Source: an uncultured delta proteobacterium | Lineage (GTDB): Bacteria > Desulfobacterota > Syntrophia > Syntrophales > UBA2185 | Direction: 5' to 3' | Length of the DNA stretch: 64,000 nucleotides | Assembly: GCA_963695875.1 (NCBI GenBank) | Contig: CAVOID010000014.1 | Span: 32,001 to 96,000 of the forward strand | In this document: positions 43,009-55,754 of the stretch, piece by piece | Layout of the letters: each line of letters starts with the position of its first letter | How positions within the stretch are numbered: the stretch's first letter is position 1 | The notes under the pieces: model-generated | Database searches by the model: none | Told to the model about the DNA's origin: nothing | The model's input: only the letters and a program-made list of their open reading frames with translations | Made by a program: the position numbers and the translations under genes

Positions 43009-43745
43009 TAGTACCTCACTTCCTTAAGGAACAATCCATGCGCCGGTGCGGTTATACCCGCCCTTCTTCTATCTTTCGCTTCCACGATGCCCATTAATTC
43101 GGCTGAGGATATCTTCCCCCTGCCCACATCGACAAGCGTACCAACTATATTTCTTACCATGTATTTTAAAAAACCGTTAGCTTCGATAAATATTTTTATC
43201 ATATCCTGGTGGTCTATCTCCATATCAATATCTATGACGGTTCTAACATGATCCTTAATACCGCAATTGGCTGCACAGAAGGAAGAAAAATCAAATGTTC
43301 CTTTAAGAAGTAAAGCCGCTTCCTTCATCCTTCCCATATCGAGGGGTTCACGTTTGAACCAGGCGCAGTTTCTGTATAAGGCTGAGCGTACCGGACTGTT
43401 GAATATCTGATATAAATACACTTTGCTTTTGGTATCATACCGTGCATGAAAAGCTGCATCTACCTCTGCCAATTCCTTTACCACGATATCCCAAGGCAGA
43501 ATGCTATTTATTCCATTGAAAAGGTTTCTCACCCCTATATTAGAATTCGTCCTGAAGTTTGCTACCTGGTTAATAGCATGAACGCCTGCATCCGTTCTCC
43601 CTGAACCGATGACCCTGATATTTTCCTGCGTAATTTTATTGATGCTTTCTTCGAGGACCTTCTGAATTGTAATAGTATCACCCTGACGCTGCCATCCATG
43701 ATACCTCGTCCCGTCATACTCCAAAATCATCTTTATATTACGCAT
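43008..43745 (-). CDS. truA: tRNA pseudouridine(38-40) synthase
   Basis: YDGTRYHGWQ, GRTDAGVHA and FLKYMVRNIVG motifs. Confidence 0.96.
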   Translation of the reverse strand: MRNIKMILEYDGTRYHGWQRQGDTITIQKVLEESINKITQENIRVIGSGRTDAGVHAINQVANFRTNSNIGVRNLFNGINSILPWDIVVKELAEVDAAFHARYDTKSKVYLYQIFNSPVRSALYRNCAWFKREPLDMGRMKEAALLLKGTFDFSSFCAANCGIKDHVRTVIDIDMEIDHQDMIKIFIEANGFLKYMVRNIVGTLVDVGRGKISSAELMGIVEAKDRRRAGITAPAHGLFLKEVRY

Positions 43746-43779
43746 GATAACTTTTCTACATTATTTTGCCATTTGCCAT

Positions 43780-43809
43780 AAAAAAAAGGGGATATTATCC
43801 CCCTTTCTT
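43780..43809 (-). terminator. Rho-independent terminator after pgk
   Basis: AAAGGGGATA-T-TATCCCCTTT stem followed by a T-run on the minus strand. Confidence 0.65.
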
Positions 43810-43826
43810 TATACTCAAATACATAA

Positions 43827-45020
43827 TCAGCGTGGGCTGTCCAAACCGTCAAGGGCCTCAATTGCCGGGAGTGATTTACCAGCCAGAAGTTCGATGGAAG
43901 CTCCGCCTCCGGTTGATATATAGGTTATTCTGTCACTTTCACCGGCTTTATGAATTGCCACATCCGTATCCCCTCCACCGACAATGGTAACGGCGTAGGA
44001 ATTTGCCACACTGTGCGCCAATGCCGAAGTCCCCCTGCCGAAGGCATCAATCTCAAATACTCCCATCGGGCCGTTCCATACAATGGTCTTGGCATTATTC
44101 AGTACCTCCGTGAAAAGGGTAATGGTGGCAGGACCGATATCAAGCCCCTTCCACTTGGAGTTGATTTCCTGCACCGGTACTATCTTGGTTTCCGCTTCTG
44201 CACTTGCATCTTCAGCGATGACGCAATCAACGGGCAAATAAAATTTCACACCCAGTTTTTTGGCTGTCTCCATGATCTCCTGCGCTTTTGGCAACAGCTC
44301 CTCTTCAAAAATGGATTTGCCAATTTCATATCCCAGTGCTTTCAGGAAGGTAAACGCCATGCCTCCCCCGATAACCATTTTATCAACTTTTTTGATGAGG
44401 TGAAGCAGGGCCTCAAGTTTACCGGATACTTTCGAGCCTCCTATTATAGCAACAAAAGGCCTCGCTGGACTATCTACAGCCTTCTTTAAATAATTTAATT
44501 CCTGCTTGATCAGGAATCCTGCACCAGACTCCTTTACATACTTGAGGATTCCCACATTCGATGCATGTTTTCTGTGAGCGTTGCCAAAGGCATCATCAAT
44601 GTAGACATCCCCCAGGCTGGCCAGCTCTTTGGCAAATTCATCACTATTCTTTTCCTCTTCAGTGTGAAACCTCAGGTTCTCAAGGAGAACAACACTCCCG
44701 GGTTTCATATCTTCGATTAATTTTTTTACCTCATTACCGATACAGTCCTTCGCTAATATTACCTCTTTATTAATGAGACGCGATAATCTTTTCGCCACTG
44801 GAGCAAGGCTGAACTCGGGCGACACTTTCCCTTTAGGGCGTCCCAGATGTGACATAATTATCACTTTTGCTCCCTCATCGAGGGCATAATTAATCGTCGG
44901 AACCGTTGACCTTATCCTGATATCATCAGTTATGTTTAAGGTACTGTCCAAAGGAACATTGTAATCAAATCTGAATAAAACCCTTTTCCCCTTGAGATTG
45001 ATCTCGTCAATGAATTTCAT
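43827..45020 (-). CDS. pgk: Phosphoglycerate kinase
   Basis: [22 protein letters not shown] and ISTGGGAS motifs. Confidence 0.97.
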   Translation of the reverse strand: MKFIDEINLKGKRVLFRFDYNVPLDSTLNITDDIRIRSTVPTINYALDEGAKVIIMSHLGRPKGKVSPEFSLAPVAKRLSRLINKEVILAKDCIGNEVKKLIEDMKPGSVVLLENLRFHTEEEKNSDEFAKELASLGDVYIDDAFGNAHRKHASNVGILKYVKESGAGFLIKQELNYLKKAVDSPARPFVAIIGGSKVSGKLEALLHLIKKVDKMVIGGGMAFTFLKALGYEIGKSIFEEELLPKAQEIMETAKKLGVKFYLPVDCVIAEDASAEAETKIVPVQEINSKWKGLDIGPATITLFTEVLNNAKTIVWNGPMGVFEIDAFGRGTSALAHSVANSYAVTIVGGGDTDVAIHKAGESDRITYISTGGGASIELLAGKSLPAIEALDGLDSPR

Positions 45021-45213
45021 AGCGTCCCCTTTCACTTCACTCAACATCAAGCCGGTTTATTTTAGGTCACCAGGAAAATAGCCGTGAAATATATACCTTA
45101 TGAACTGATTTAGGTCAATACGGAAATCTCAATTTTTATGACTTTGTCTATTCCCGTATTTACGAAAACTGCATGCACGAATTTTATGTCCTATTAATAT
45201 TTGAACGAAAATA

Positions 45214-45954
45214 TCAAGGAGACGACTTCAATTTTGTGAGGGATATTTCTCCTTCCTTCTTGATAGGGTCGGGGAGGTTACTCACCAGGACACCTTTCAG
45301 GATCTCTTCGCTCCATGGTTCCCTCAGGGCGGCAGCAGCCCGAATTGCCAGCTTCTCCCGCAGCGACTTCGGCGGGTAAACCCTTACCACGGAGTTCTTC
45401 TCCGGATAATAGAACTGGATATAACCTTTGCGGATGTTTCGGCCGTAAACGTTGATGGTAATGGCAATGTCACTGCTGATATTTTCCATGCTGTGGATTC
45501 CTTTGTTCAACGGAAGTACGTAAGTTACCCGGCCGGGATCTATGATAACGGACGAAACCTCTTCCAGCAAGGCATAACCCTCCTTTTTGCCGTCATCGAT
45601 ACGCCTGTACTTTCTCTCCCTGAAGGGCTGCACAAAACTGCCTATTATTCCCCAGGAACCATGATCATGAACAGCATCAATGATGTAGGATTCCCATATG
45701 TAGCATAGGACCTGGAAAGACCTGTCGGGGCTTTTGTAGAGTGTGATCTCATTGGGCCAGATCCCTATTTTCTGGTTTTCGTTGAATCCAGGCTCAAACA
45801 GGATCTTCCGCAGGATATCGCCGAACCATTCCCGCTCCCTTATAAGCTCAGCCATCAGAGCACTTCCCGCTTCGATGAGCCGGTTCATCGCCGGTTTCTC
45901 CCCGAGCAATGTATTAACCCGGTCACAGAACTGTTCAAGATTTCCAGTTGTCAT
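45214..45954 (-). CDS. Cysteine-dioxygenase-like cupin
   Basis: HDHGSWG...GIHSMEN...INVYG three-His pattern. Confidence 0.72.
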   Translation of the reverse strand: MTTGNLEQFCDRVNTLLGEKPAMNRLIEAGSALMAELIREREWFGDILRKILFEPGFNENQKIGIWPNEITLYKSPDRSFQVLCYIWESYIIDAVHDHGSWGIIGSFVQPFRERKYRRIDDGKKEGYALLEEVSSVIIDPGRVTYVLPLNKGIHSMENISSDIAITINVYGRNIRKGYIQFYYPEKNSVVRVYPPKSLREKLAIRAAAALREPWSEEILKGVLVSNLPDPIKKEGEISLTKLKSSP

Positions 45955-46857
45955 CTATGAATCCTTTTTTGCCGGTCAGGTTTTGCGGCGGATGCCTGAT
46001 CCGTCTCATTTTTGAGGGTTCCGTATTTCCTGATGTGACTCCACGATTTGTATTCGGGATCTTCCGGGTTTGCGGCCAAGGCTTCGGCTTCGCGGAGGTA
46101 TTTTTTCCGGATGCCCTTCTGCTTGTAAAGGAGCCTGTCCTTCCCGACAGGACAGACCTTGGTGCAGATGCCGCACGGGTAGCACCGGCGCTGTGTCAGT
46201 TCTTCGGCCATTTCCAGGCAGGCCATCTTGTCATAATCACCGATCACCTGATCCTCCTTCATGGACGATGGCCTTCTTAGGACAGCACTGGGCGCAGAGC
46301 CCGCACTTGATGCAGAGATCTTTTTTAACCATACGGTCCGGCGGTATCACCGCTGATGTGAATACGGAAACGAATCGGACGCGGGGGCCGAATTCCGGTG
46401 TCAGGAGAACATGGCTCGCGCCTATTGTCCCAAGACCCGCATATTTGGCGGCCATGACATGGCTGAAGGCCGCCATCGGCCGGTCTTTCAGGGCCTTCAA
46501 ACTGGCGTAGACATCACGGCCGAAAAAAAACGAGGCATGGCCCATGCGGTTGAGGTACCGGGTCAAATCGTAGGCGAGAGTGTCCAGCTTGCGGTTGGCT
46601 GTCCTGTAGAGTTCCATGTGAAGAACGGATGGTGTCGTCTCCACGATGGGAAGCGGCATTTCCACACCGATGACGATGACGGTACGGGCGGGAGGCCAGA
46701 TCGATCGCGGCCGGAAGTCAGGGGGAACTTCACCGGCCTCGTCCCAACGCTCCGCGGGTGCAAAGCCGACAAGGTCGGCACCTCGCTCCTTGCAGAATGC
46801 TATGATATGATCCTTGAGCTTCTGCCCTTCCGGAGGGCCTTTTGTTTTTAATCCCAT
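45951..46857 (-). CDS. QueG/reductive-dehalogenase-like Fe-S protein (frameshift near 46260)
   Basis: GADLVGFA, AAKYAGLGTIG, TPEFGPRVR, CIKCGLCAQCCP and CGICTKVCP motifs. Confidence 0.82.
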
Positions 46858-46866
46858 AATCCCTAT

Positions 46867-47332
46867 TCAGCGAGGTTGTTTGATTTGGGGACCAATGTGT
46901 GTCAATATTTCACGCGCATCAAAGGCCCTCATGTCTTCTTCAGGCTTCTTCCCGTGTTTGAGTTTAATCAGTACTGTTGCACCGGGAGCTTTAACAGTCT
47001 GCAGTGATGCATCATATCTCCTCCTTCCGCCTCGCCATTCCCCAAGAATCCTCTGTTGTTATGTCTTTCTCCTCAATTACAATGAAATAGTCATAGCCAT
47101 TCTGAAGGGTTATTTCGGCACAGCGATACGCGAGAAGACCTTTCATGGCATCGTAGGTCGTCGCATCGTTACATTTATAACTGACTTGAAACACGTCTTT
47201 TTGTATTTGTGTCTCGGAATATCCCGTATATGGATCACCAACCCCCAATTTCCAGTATCCGGTTGGGACTGGCGCACACGACAGCATTAAAAAATTGAGC
47301 AATATAATCATTAGAACATGATTTATTTTCAT
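46867..47332 (-). CDS. Small lipoprotein, CC0125/CC1285-like (frameshift near 47030)
   Basis: MLSC lipobox; GYSETQI...RCAEITLQNGYDYF; C-terminal FDAREIL. Confidence 0.7.
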
Positions 47333-47576
47333 AATGACACCTATTTTACTGCGCTAAGATAAGATCATGCATAATTATGGACATGGTATTACTGAAATAA
47401 AACCTATATTATTTTATACAAATAATAGTGTGTAGAGTAAAGAAATAAGTCCCATTGACAAAGGATTGATCCTCCCGGAAGACAATCTCCTTTTACCCAA
47501 ATTTTATGTCGTTGAGTTGTGACCGATATTTAATTGACTTACAAGTCCGATAATTTTATAGTTCATTCATCGGTTT

Positions 47577-47603
47577 AAGCCACCACCTCCGGTGGTAGTT
47601 GAC
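47577..47603. mobile_element. IS200/IS605-family end-like remnant
   Basis: AAGCCACCACCTCCGGTGGTAGTTGAC (reverse GTCAACTACCACC..GGTGGTGGCTT). Confidence 0.45.
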
Positions 47604-47764
47604 TTATAAACAAGCAAAGTCCTATCAAAATACTCTTTAACAATGGATGCGAAGGGGTATTATATTGATCTGCATAAAACCCCGCTCAATAATTGAGAAT
47701 ATTTTTGATAGCACTTATGGATTGTACTGTTAGCATTGTAAGCATAAGCTATTTTCTCGGGGTG

Positions 47765-47825
47765 TTATACCGCAACTTTGCGGCGTTTGGGTTTTTATAC
47801 AAGATACATATAAACATTGTTGGGC
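47765..47825 (+). other. Possible integron attI-like site
   Basis: AT-rich TTATACAAGATACATATAAACATT followed by GTTGGGC (GTTRRRY) 20 nt before the first cassette ORF, with no attC hairpin in front. Confidence 0.4.
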
Positions 47826-47845
47826 TGCTGTATGAGGTTTTGTGA

Positions 47846-48556
47846 ATGAGTTCTGATAAAACTATATCAAGAATTATAGAACGTGTTGCAAAGCTTAAGG
47901 ATGAGTTTACTGGTTGTTTGCAATATTTTGAGGCAGCCAATCTATTTACTGGACCCAGTTTATATTTTCACTATAAAACATGCACTATCAGAAAGAAGTA
48001 TCCTTCTGCAGTAGCAACTCTGAATGACAAATATTTCTTTGAGAGTCTTTATGCAACACTCACAGCATGGGGCATGCACCGTATGGGACCAGGCAAAGCA
48101 AAACTTGTCGATTTAGATGATATGATGAAAAGCTTCATACAGCAGTCAAACAATATCGCGAAAATTGAAACTTTAGTACTCTCTGAGTTAGGAAGCAATG
48201 CCATAATTGATGTAACAAACAGATTATGGGAAATCATTTTTCAACTTAAAGTAGGAATTGGAGAAACAAAGATAGTTGCAAATTCTAAGGCACTACATCA
48301 TCTGCTTCCAAACTTAATACCACCAATAGACCGAGAATATACTCTGAGATTTTTCTATAACCACACAACTCTCAATCAAGGTGATGAAAAAGCTTTTAAA
48401 GAGATCTACCCATATCTTCATACTATTGCTTCATCAAAAAAAGAAACAATTCGTAAAAAACTCGGACATGGAATGAATACCAGCGAAACAAAGGTTATTG
48501 ATAATGCAATAGTTGGCTTCGGTCGTAAGTATATAAAAATCAGAGAGAACCAATAG
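47846..48556 (+). CDS. Hypothetical cassette protein, possibly HhH-GPD-glycosylase-like
   Basis: 236-aa AT-rich ORF; YATLTAWGM and SKALHHLLPNLIPPID motifs; followed by attC. Confidence 0.7.
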   Translation: MSSDKTISRIIERVAKLKDEFTGCLQYFEAANLFTGPSLYFHYKTCTIRKKYPSAVATLNDKYFFESLYATLTAWGMHRMGPGKAKLVDLDDMMKSFIQQSNNIAKIETLVLSELGSNAIIDVTNRLWEIIFQLKVGIGETKIVANSKALHHLLPNLIPPIDREYTLRFFYNHTTLNQGDEKAFKEIYPYLHTIASSKKETIRKKLGHGMNTSETKVIDNAIVGFGRKYIKIRENQ

Positions 48557-48570
48557 TAGTTAGGAGAAAA

Positions 48571-48632
48571 GCCTGAACCAAAGGTTCCAGCGGACGCGGC
48601 GGTGCCGCGCCGCTGACCCTTCACGATTAGTT
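48571..48632 (+). repeat. Integron attC site
   Basis: CCTGAAC...CAGCGG-A-CGCGGC GGT GCCGCG-CCGCTG...GATTAG hairpin with an extrahelical base. Confidence 0.72.
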
Positions 48633-48649
48633 CTTATTCAGGCACAAGA

Positions 48650-49701
48650 ATGATGAGCAAAAAAAATTGGGTCAGATTTGAAAGACTTGTGGCTGCAATT
48701 CATCTTGCTGAGTCGCAAGGTGCAGAAGTGAAATGGAATGACAAGATTGAAGGTCGTCAATTTGATGTAACATTACGATTCAAGCATGGTTTACACGAGT
48801 ATCTAACAGTCATCGAATGCAAGGACTACAATGGGAAAATACCTGTCGAAAAAGTGGATGCATTAGTTACAAAAGCAAGAGATGTAAAAGCCAACGAAGC
48901 AATCATGGTATCTTCAAATGGATATCAATCTGGGTGTTATGAGGTTGCTAAAAGGCATGGAATTAGTCTTCTTACCTTGAATGAAAAATTTGAACTTGAT
49001 CAGAGTAGTTTGTTTAAAGAAGTTACTCCAGCATTAAACATATATGATGTCCGCTTTATCCAGCCCAGTGGAGAGGAAATCTTACTCGAAGATGAAGGGG
49101 GCAGTTTACATTATCACATGACTCATATCCAGCTCGTATCTAAAACTAGAGAGATTAACCCAAACCAATTGATTAATGAATGGCAATTAGACAAGCCATA
49201 CTTGGATGCCGCTTCTGCGAGTGGAGTATTAATAAAGTTAGAACAAGGTACAATAGCCATGATTCCTTATGAAGAAAGTGTTGAGGTAGTATCCATAAAG
49301 TTTAAGTGTAAGATGATTCAGGCCTTTATACCCAATCAACCTTTACCTGATATGCATATTATGGAGGGAATGAGAACCAGATATGAATTGCAAAATGAAC
49401 ATGGCGAGATTGTCCACACAGCTTTATCACCAGAAGTAAAACTAGGATTTGATACGCAAGTTATACCTGGTAAGTTTTATGTAAATCCCCGCCTTCATAT
49501 TTTCTATTACTGTGAAGCAATTGACAAGAATATTGTCACATGGATAATTGTAGAATCATATCAACATGGCCAACTACTAAGAACAATATTTAGACAAGAC
49601 ATAAAGTATTCATGTTATTATCTTGAGGTCACTGATAAAAAAAGCTGGAAAAACTTAACAGATTACTTTTAGATTTCAGAAAAATAAGTACAAAGAGCTA
49701 A
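48650..49701 (+). CDS. Mrr-like PD-(D/E)XK restriction endonuclease cassette (3' frameshift)
   Basis: FERLVA...RQFDV...IECKDY...VSSNGYQ; corrected frame ends KISTKS* with TAA inside the attC R'' box. Confidence 0.82.
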
Positions 49702-49757
49702 CAAATCAATCCAGTGGATCGAGGCATGCACCCCGGCCCTGATCTTTGTCGTTACAC
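49696..49757 (+). repeat. Integron attC site
   Basis: AGCTAAC...ATCCAG...CTGAT...GTTACAC. Confidence 0.72.
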
Positions 49758-49823
49758 TATTTCGATCCATAATACGCGGTTCTCTGGCGAAACGAGATAA
49801 GGATCAATTGGCGTACCACAGGA

Positions 49824-51756
<1,933 letters not shown>

Positions 51757-51818
51757 TTCAGTCCTTTCTTTAGTTGTAAATGATGCACTGAGACTTATAC
51801 TAATTCCTTACAAATAGT

Positions 51819-52524
51819 TTAGCCGTCTGATTTAAGCCTTTTTATGAGACCCTCTGCTAATAACAATATCGTCCTTCGTCGTAATCTTGATATTATCATA
51901 GGAACCACGAATCATCTTCACATTGATGCCTATCCTCTCAACGAGTGAGGCATCGTCAGTCCCATAATAATTATCCTCATAAGCAACTTCATAGGCCTTT
52001 TTTATAACATCCCGTTTAAATGCCTGAGGAGTCTGCGTCAGCCACAGAGTGCCGCGATCGAGCGTTTCCCTGACCCACGCGTGATCATCAACTGACTTAA
52101 CGGTATCCTTGACCGGGACACCGACTGTCACCGCCTCTTCCTTTGATGCTTCAACAATGGCAGAATTGACCAGTTCTTCTGATATGAACGGCCTGACACC
52201 ATCATGAATCACAACGATGTCATGATTACTTGCTAACGCATTAATCCCGTTCCTTACAGAATCCTGCCTTTCCCTTCCTCCTGCCAGTATCCGGCTGACT
52301 TTAGAAATGCCATATTTTTCAACAATTAATTGACGGGCAAACTCAATATCATCCTCCGGAACGATGAGAAATATCTCATCTATCTTTGGCGATTCCTGAA
52401 ATATTCTCAGCGTATGCACAAGGACGGGTACACCATCCAGCAAAAGATATTGTTTGGATTGATTTTCCTGCATCCGCTTTCCCGAACCGCCGGCAGGAAT
52501 AATTGCAACTGTTTTCATTGCCAT
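51819..52524 (-). CDS. ispD: 2-C-methyl-D-erythritol 4-phosphate cytidylyltransferase
   Basis: PAGGSGKRM, IHDGVRP, QTPQAF and NIKITT motifs. Confidence 0.95.
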
Positions 52525-52532
52525 GCTCAAGA

Positions 52533-52570
52533 TAAAAAAAAGCCCGGCGCTTTTGAGCTCTCCGGGCTTC
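52533..52570 (-). terminator. Terminator-like hairpin between the PIN/TRAM gene and ispD
   Basis: AAGCCCGG...CCGGGCTTTTTTTT on the minus strand. Confidence 0.6.
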
Positions 52571-52579
52571 AACATTATG

Positions 52580-53608
52580 TTATTGTTTTACACTGAACCC
52601 GTATGTTTTTTTATCTGCACTGCCTTCCTTCAACTCCGAAAATATCATCCTGCCCGCAGTCGTCTGCAGCACACTTGTTACAACAACTTCGACATTTGAG
52701 CCCTGATACTTCTGCGCATTATCAACAATTATCATGGTTCCATCATCGAGATACGCGACCCCCTGTCCGGGCTCTTTTCCGTCTTTGATGATCTTCACCG
52801 TCATTATCTCGCCGGGCAGGACCACAGGCTTCAGCGCATTCGCAAGTTCATTAACATTCAATATCTTTATGCCTTGCAGTTCGGCAACCTTGTTCAAGTT
52901 GAAATCATTGGTAATTATTTTACCATTCATTTTTTTTGCCATTGCCACAAGCTTCGCATCAACACCCTTGAGTTTCGGAAAATCCTGATCCACAACCTCA
53001 ATGTGGATTCCACTGCTCCTTTGCATCCGGTTCAGGATATCGAGCCCCCTTCTGCCGCGGGAACGCTTCATAGAATCTGAAGAGTCGGCAATGTACTGCA
53101 ATTCATCCAATACAAAGCGGGGGACCAACAGGGTGCCTTCAACAAAACCCGTATCACAGATATCTGCAATCCTGCCGTCAATAATAACGCTCGTATCAAG
53201 AATGCCATAATCGGAACTCTCTTTCGTCTGGCCAAAGCCGAATAGATTAAACTCTTCGATTTTTTTTGATCCGATAACAAGACCAAGATACCCCATAATA
53301 CCCGTCAGCAAGGCATATATCCAGGGGGCAACCTGCTGCTTCTCCCAGGTAACACCTACAAAATTCAGACCATAGGCCAGAAAGAAAGCTATGAAAAGGC
53401 CTATGATCATACCAACAACACCACCAAATATAACTCTGAGAGATACCTTTCTTATGGCCTGTTCAGCTCGTATGACAGAAATAGCAATTAATAATCCTAA
53501 AAATAATCCTATCAGTGCTATAGGAAATCCATAATAGGTAAATGCAATAAAATAACCGCTTATTGAACAAGCTGCCATGAGAAGAATTTTTATTATCAAT
53601 TTTATCAC
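52580..53608 (-). CDS. Membrane PIN/TRAM domain protein (YacL-like)
   Basis: [29 protein letters not shown] and QTTAGRMIF motifs. Confidence 0.93.
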   Translation of the reverse strand: MIKLIIKILLMAACSISGYFIAFTYYGFPIALIGLFLGLLIAISVIRAEQAIRKVSLRVIFGGVVGMIIGLFIAFFLAYGLNFVGVTWEKQQVAPWIYALLTGIMGYLGLVIGSKKIEEFNLFGFGQTKESSDYGILDTSVIIDGRIADICDTGFVEGTLLVPRFVLDELQYIADSSDSMKRSRGRRGLDILNRMQRSSGIHIEVVDQDFPKLKGVDAKLVAMAKKMNGKIITNDFNLNKVAELQGIKILNVNELANALKPVVLPGEIMTVKIIKDGKEPGQGVAYLDDGTMIIVDNAQKYQGSNVEVVVTSVLQTTAGRMIFSELKEGSADKKTYGFSVKQ

Positions 53609-53712
53609 CTCCTTTCTTATTTTATTATGTTGCTTACTGATTCACTTTGCACGGGAATTTCACTTTTTTCGATAAGTATAATATACTTTATCGTAAAGTT
53701 ATTCCCTGAAGC

Positions 53713-54206
53713 TCATTGCACCGTTAATATCATTCTAAGGTCTTGTTCTACTTGGTTTCTTCCGAGTTACTCGCAACTGATATCTCCTTAACCAATAAGC
53801 TCTTGGCTGTATCCATCATTTTCCTTTCACCAAAGGACAGATTCTTGTCAGACTTTAAAATGAAAAGATCCCGCAATACTCTCGCAATTTCAAATACCGA
53901 GCCTGTCTTAATCTTATCCAGGTATTCCTTGTATCGCTTGTTCCACGTCTGCTTGTCGATGGTAACGTCCTTGTTTCGAAGTATCTCATATACTTTAGGA
54001 ATTTCCTTTTTTGCGATGACCTCTCTGAGCCCGACAGAATCTGCACCATCGATGGGAATCATAATTTTCATGCCGTTGCTCATGATCTTCATAATATAAA
54101 ACGACTGTTTGCTGCCCATATATTCCTTGTTTTCAATCGCTTCGATGATTCCAACACCTTGGGCTGGATAAACTGCTAAATCTCCTATCTTAAACATCTC
54201 CCTCAC
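53713..54206 (-). CDS. carD: CarD-family transcriptional regulator (3' frameshift)
   Basis: FKIGDLAVYPAQGVG, WNKRY and LSFGERKM motifs. Confidence 0.93.
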
Positions 54207-54288
54207 CCGCTAATTAAATTTTTTAATCATTTCTTATAACACATTTTAAAATAATAGTCAATATACAACCACTATGACCGGATAAGTC

Positions 54289-54528
54289 TTATTGTATGTA
54301 TCTATTCATTATTTTTAATAAATCATTGTCCAGCCGATCCTGCTCCTGCGTATTGTAACGATCAATAATACTCTTTACCCTGTTAAACATACCCTTGTCT
54401 GAAAGATCGGCAAGTCTTCCGTAAATCCCGCCTCTCCTTCCAACCCTGTATATGAGTCTTTCCTCGTCGGACAGGAAAAAGTAATTATCAATGATTCCTA
54501 AAAGCGTATCTTTATCCTCCGGAAGCTC
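54289..54528 (-). pseudogene. Orphan C-terminal gene fragment, resembling the tail of a radical SAM protein
   Basis: Start-less frame LPEDKDTLLGIIDNYFFLSDEERLIYRVGRRGGIY...IMNRYIQ*. Confidence 0.45.
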
Positions 54529-54648
54529 CTAAAATTGAGGATCTTCGCTGTAAACAGCAGAGATTCTTGGATACTTAAGGAATAGTACCGTTTGAAATTC
54601 GCTCGTCTACCACGTAACAAGCTGTAGTGAATGCTCTCGCTGCCGGAT

Positions 54649-55599
54649 TTACGGGAGAAAGAAAAGAGGGTTTCGGGCCTTATTCTTATGTCGGATTTCA
54701 AAGTTTAGGTAAGCTTCTCCTTTTTTCTCCGGTTTACCTAGTAAGGCTATGTGACCACCCTTCTTAATATGATCATCCACTCTCACTATTCTCTTGCTCA
54801 AATTAGTATAGACAGTGGCATAATTGTCTTCATGTTTTATAATAATTGTTTCTCCATAATCCCTCAACGAATTAGAAAAAATTACTATCCCGCTCGCCGC
54901 AGCTAGTACAGGTGCTCCCTCCTTTGCCGCTATTTTTATTCCGTTAAGATACATACCATTGGGCTGAATGCCAAACCTTGACTGAAGTTTCCCTTTCACA
55001 GGCCATATGAAACGTCCTTTGTCAAATTTTAACTTTTCAGGTTCTCCCCCACTGTCCTTCTCTCTACTTTTCTGCTCAACCTTCTGTTCCGTTTCAGGCC
55101 CTGGCGGCAGTTTACCAGTCAATGCGGAAATATTCTCTATACTTTTTTTTGCCCGGCTCTTTGATTCTTCTCTGGATGAAACCTCCACTTTACTCTTGGG
55201 AACATCCCTCGGTGAAATAACCTCTGTTTTCAATGGCGCTTTATCAGCCTTCGGCACTTCCTTCCCCGGCTTGAGTGCTGACGTTTTATCTTCCTTCTGC
55301 GTGTTTTTTACGGAAGACCCTCTTTCGCTGACCGAGGATATTACGTCATCGATAACCTGATCTGCCGCAGGAATAAACAGGATACTATTTTGACCTATCA
55401 GTCTCGGATCTGTAATATTATTTGCCTCAGCCAGTTCCTGGACGTTTATATTGTAGGCCTTGGCAATACTCCAGAGTGTGTCACCAGCTTTCACTCTGTG
55501 GTATACACCTCTAGTTTTTACGGTTTTGATATGATGGCCTGTGCATGCGAAAAACAGATTTACTAAAAGAAGAAGGATAATGATAAGGCGCCAGTTCAT
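54649..55599 (-). CDS. nlpD: LysM/M23 peptidase-domain lipoprotein (NlpD-like)
   Basis: FFAC lipobox, HRVKAGDTLWSIA LysM, FIWPVKG M23 domain lacking the Zn ligands; downstream of pcm. Confidence 0.85.
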   Translation of the reverse strand: MNWRLIIILLLLVNLFFACTGHHIKTVKTRGVYHRVKAGDTLWSIAKAYNINVQELAEANNITDPRLIGQNSILFIPAADQVIDDVISSVSERGSSVKNTQKEDKTSALKPGKEVPKADKAPLKTEVISPRDVPKSKVEVSSREESKSRAKKSIENISALTGKLPPGPETEQKVEQKSREKDSGGEPEKLKFDKGRFIWPVKGKLQSRFGIQPNGMYLNGIKIAAKEGAPVLAAASGIVIFSNSLRDYGETIIIKHEDNYATVYTNLSKRIVRVDDHIKKGGHIALLGKPEKKGEAYLNFEIRHKNKARNPLFFLP

Positions 55600-55637
55600 G
55601 TTGAATCGATCAGGACAAAACACTTTCAACATGTAAT

Positions 55638-55754
55638 TTGAAGCTCTCCGCAGTAAACTGCGGGGAAACTTCGATCCATAAGGAATAACAATGTTACCCA
55701 TTCGCTCGCTTACCCGGCAGCAAGCTGCGGGAACGCGCTTGCTGCCGGATTCAA
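55638..55754. mobile_element. ~117-bp non-autonomous hairpin element, copy 2
   Basis: Close copy of 6490-6607; overlaps the pcm stop codon. Confidence 0.7.

Noticed and set aside
46237..46262. TGA ending ORF 46237-46857 as selenocysteine
   Set aside because: The protein continues in a different frame (MKEDQVIGDY), so this is an indel and not read-through.
47333..47765. Integron integrase gene upstream of array 2
   Set aside because: No tyrosine-recombinase ORF or motif is visible in either orientation.
49758..49823. tRNA gene downstream of gltX as an integration site
   Set aside because: No cloverleaf or T-loop consensus seen; no tRNA or rRNA gene recognised anywhere in the window.
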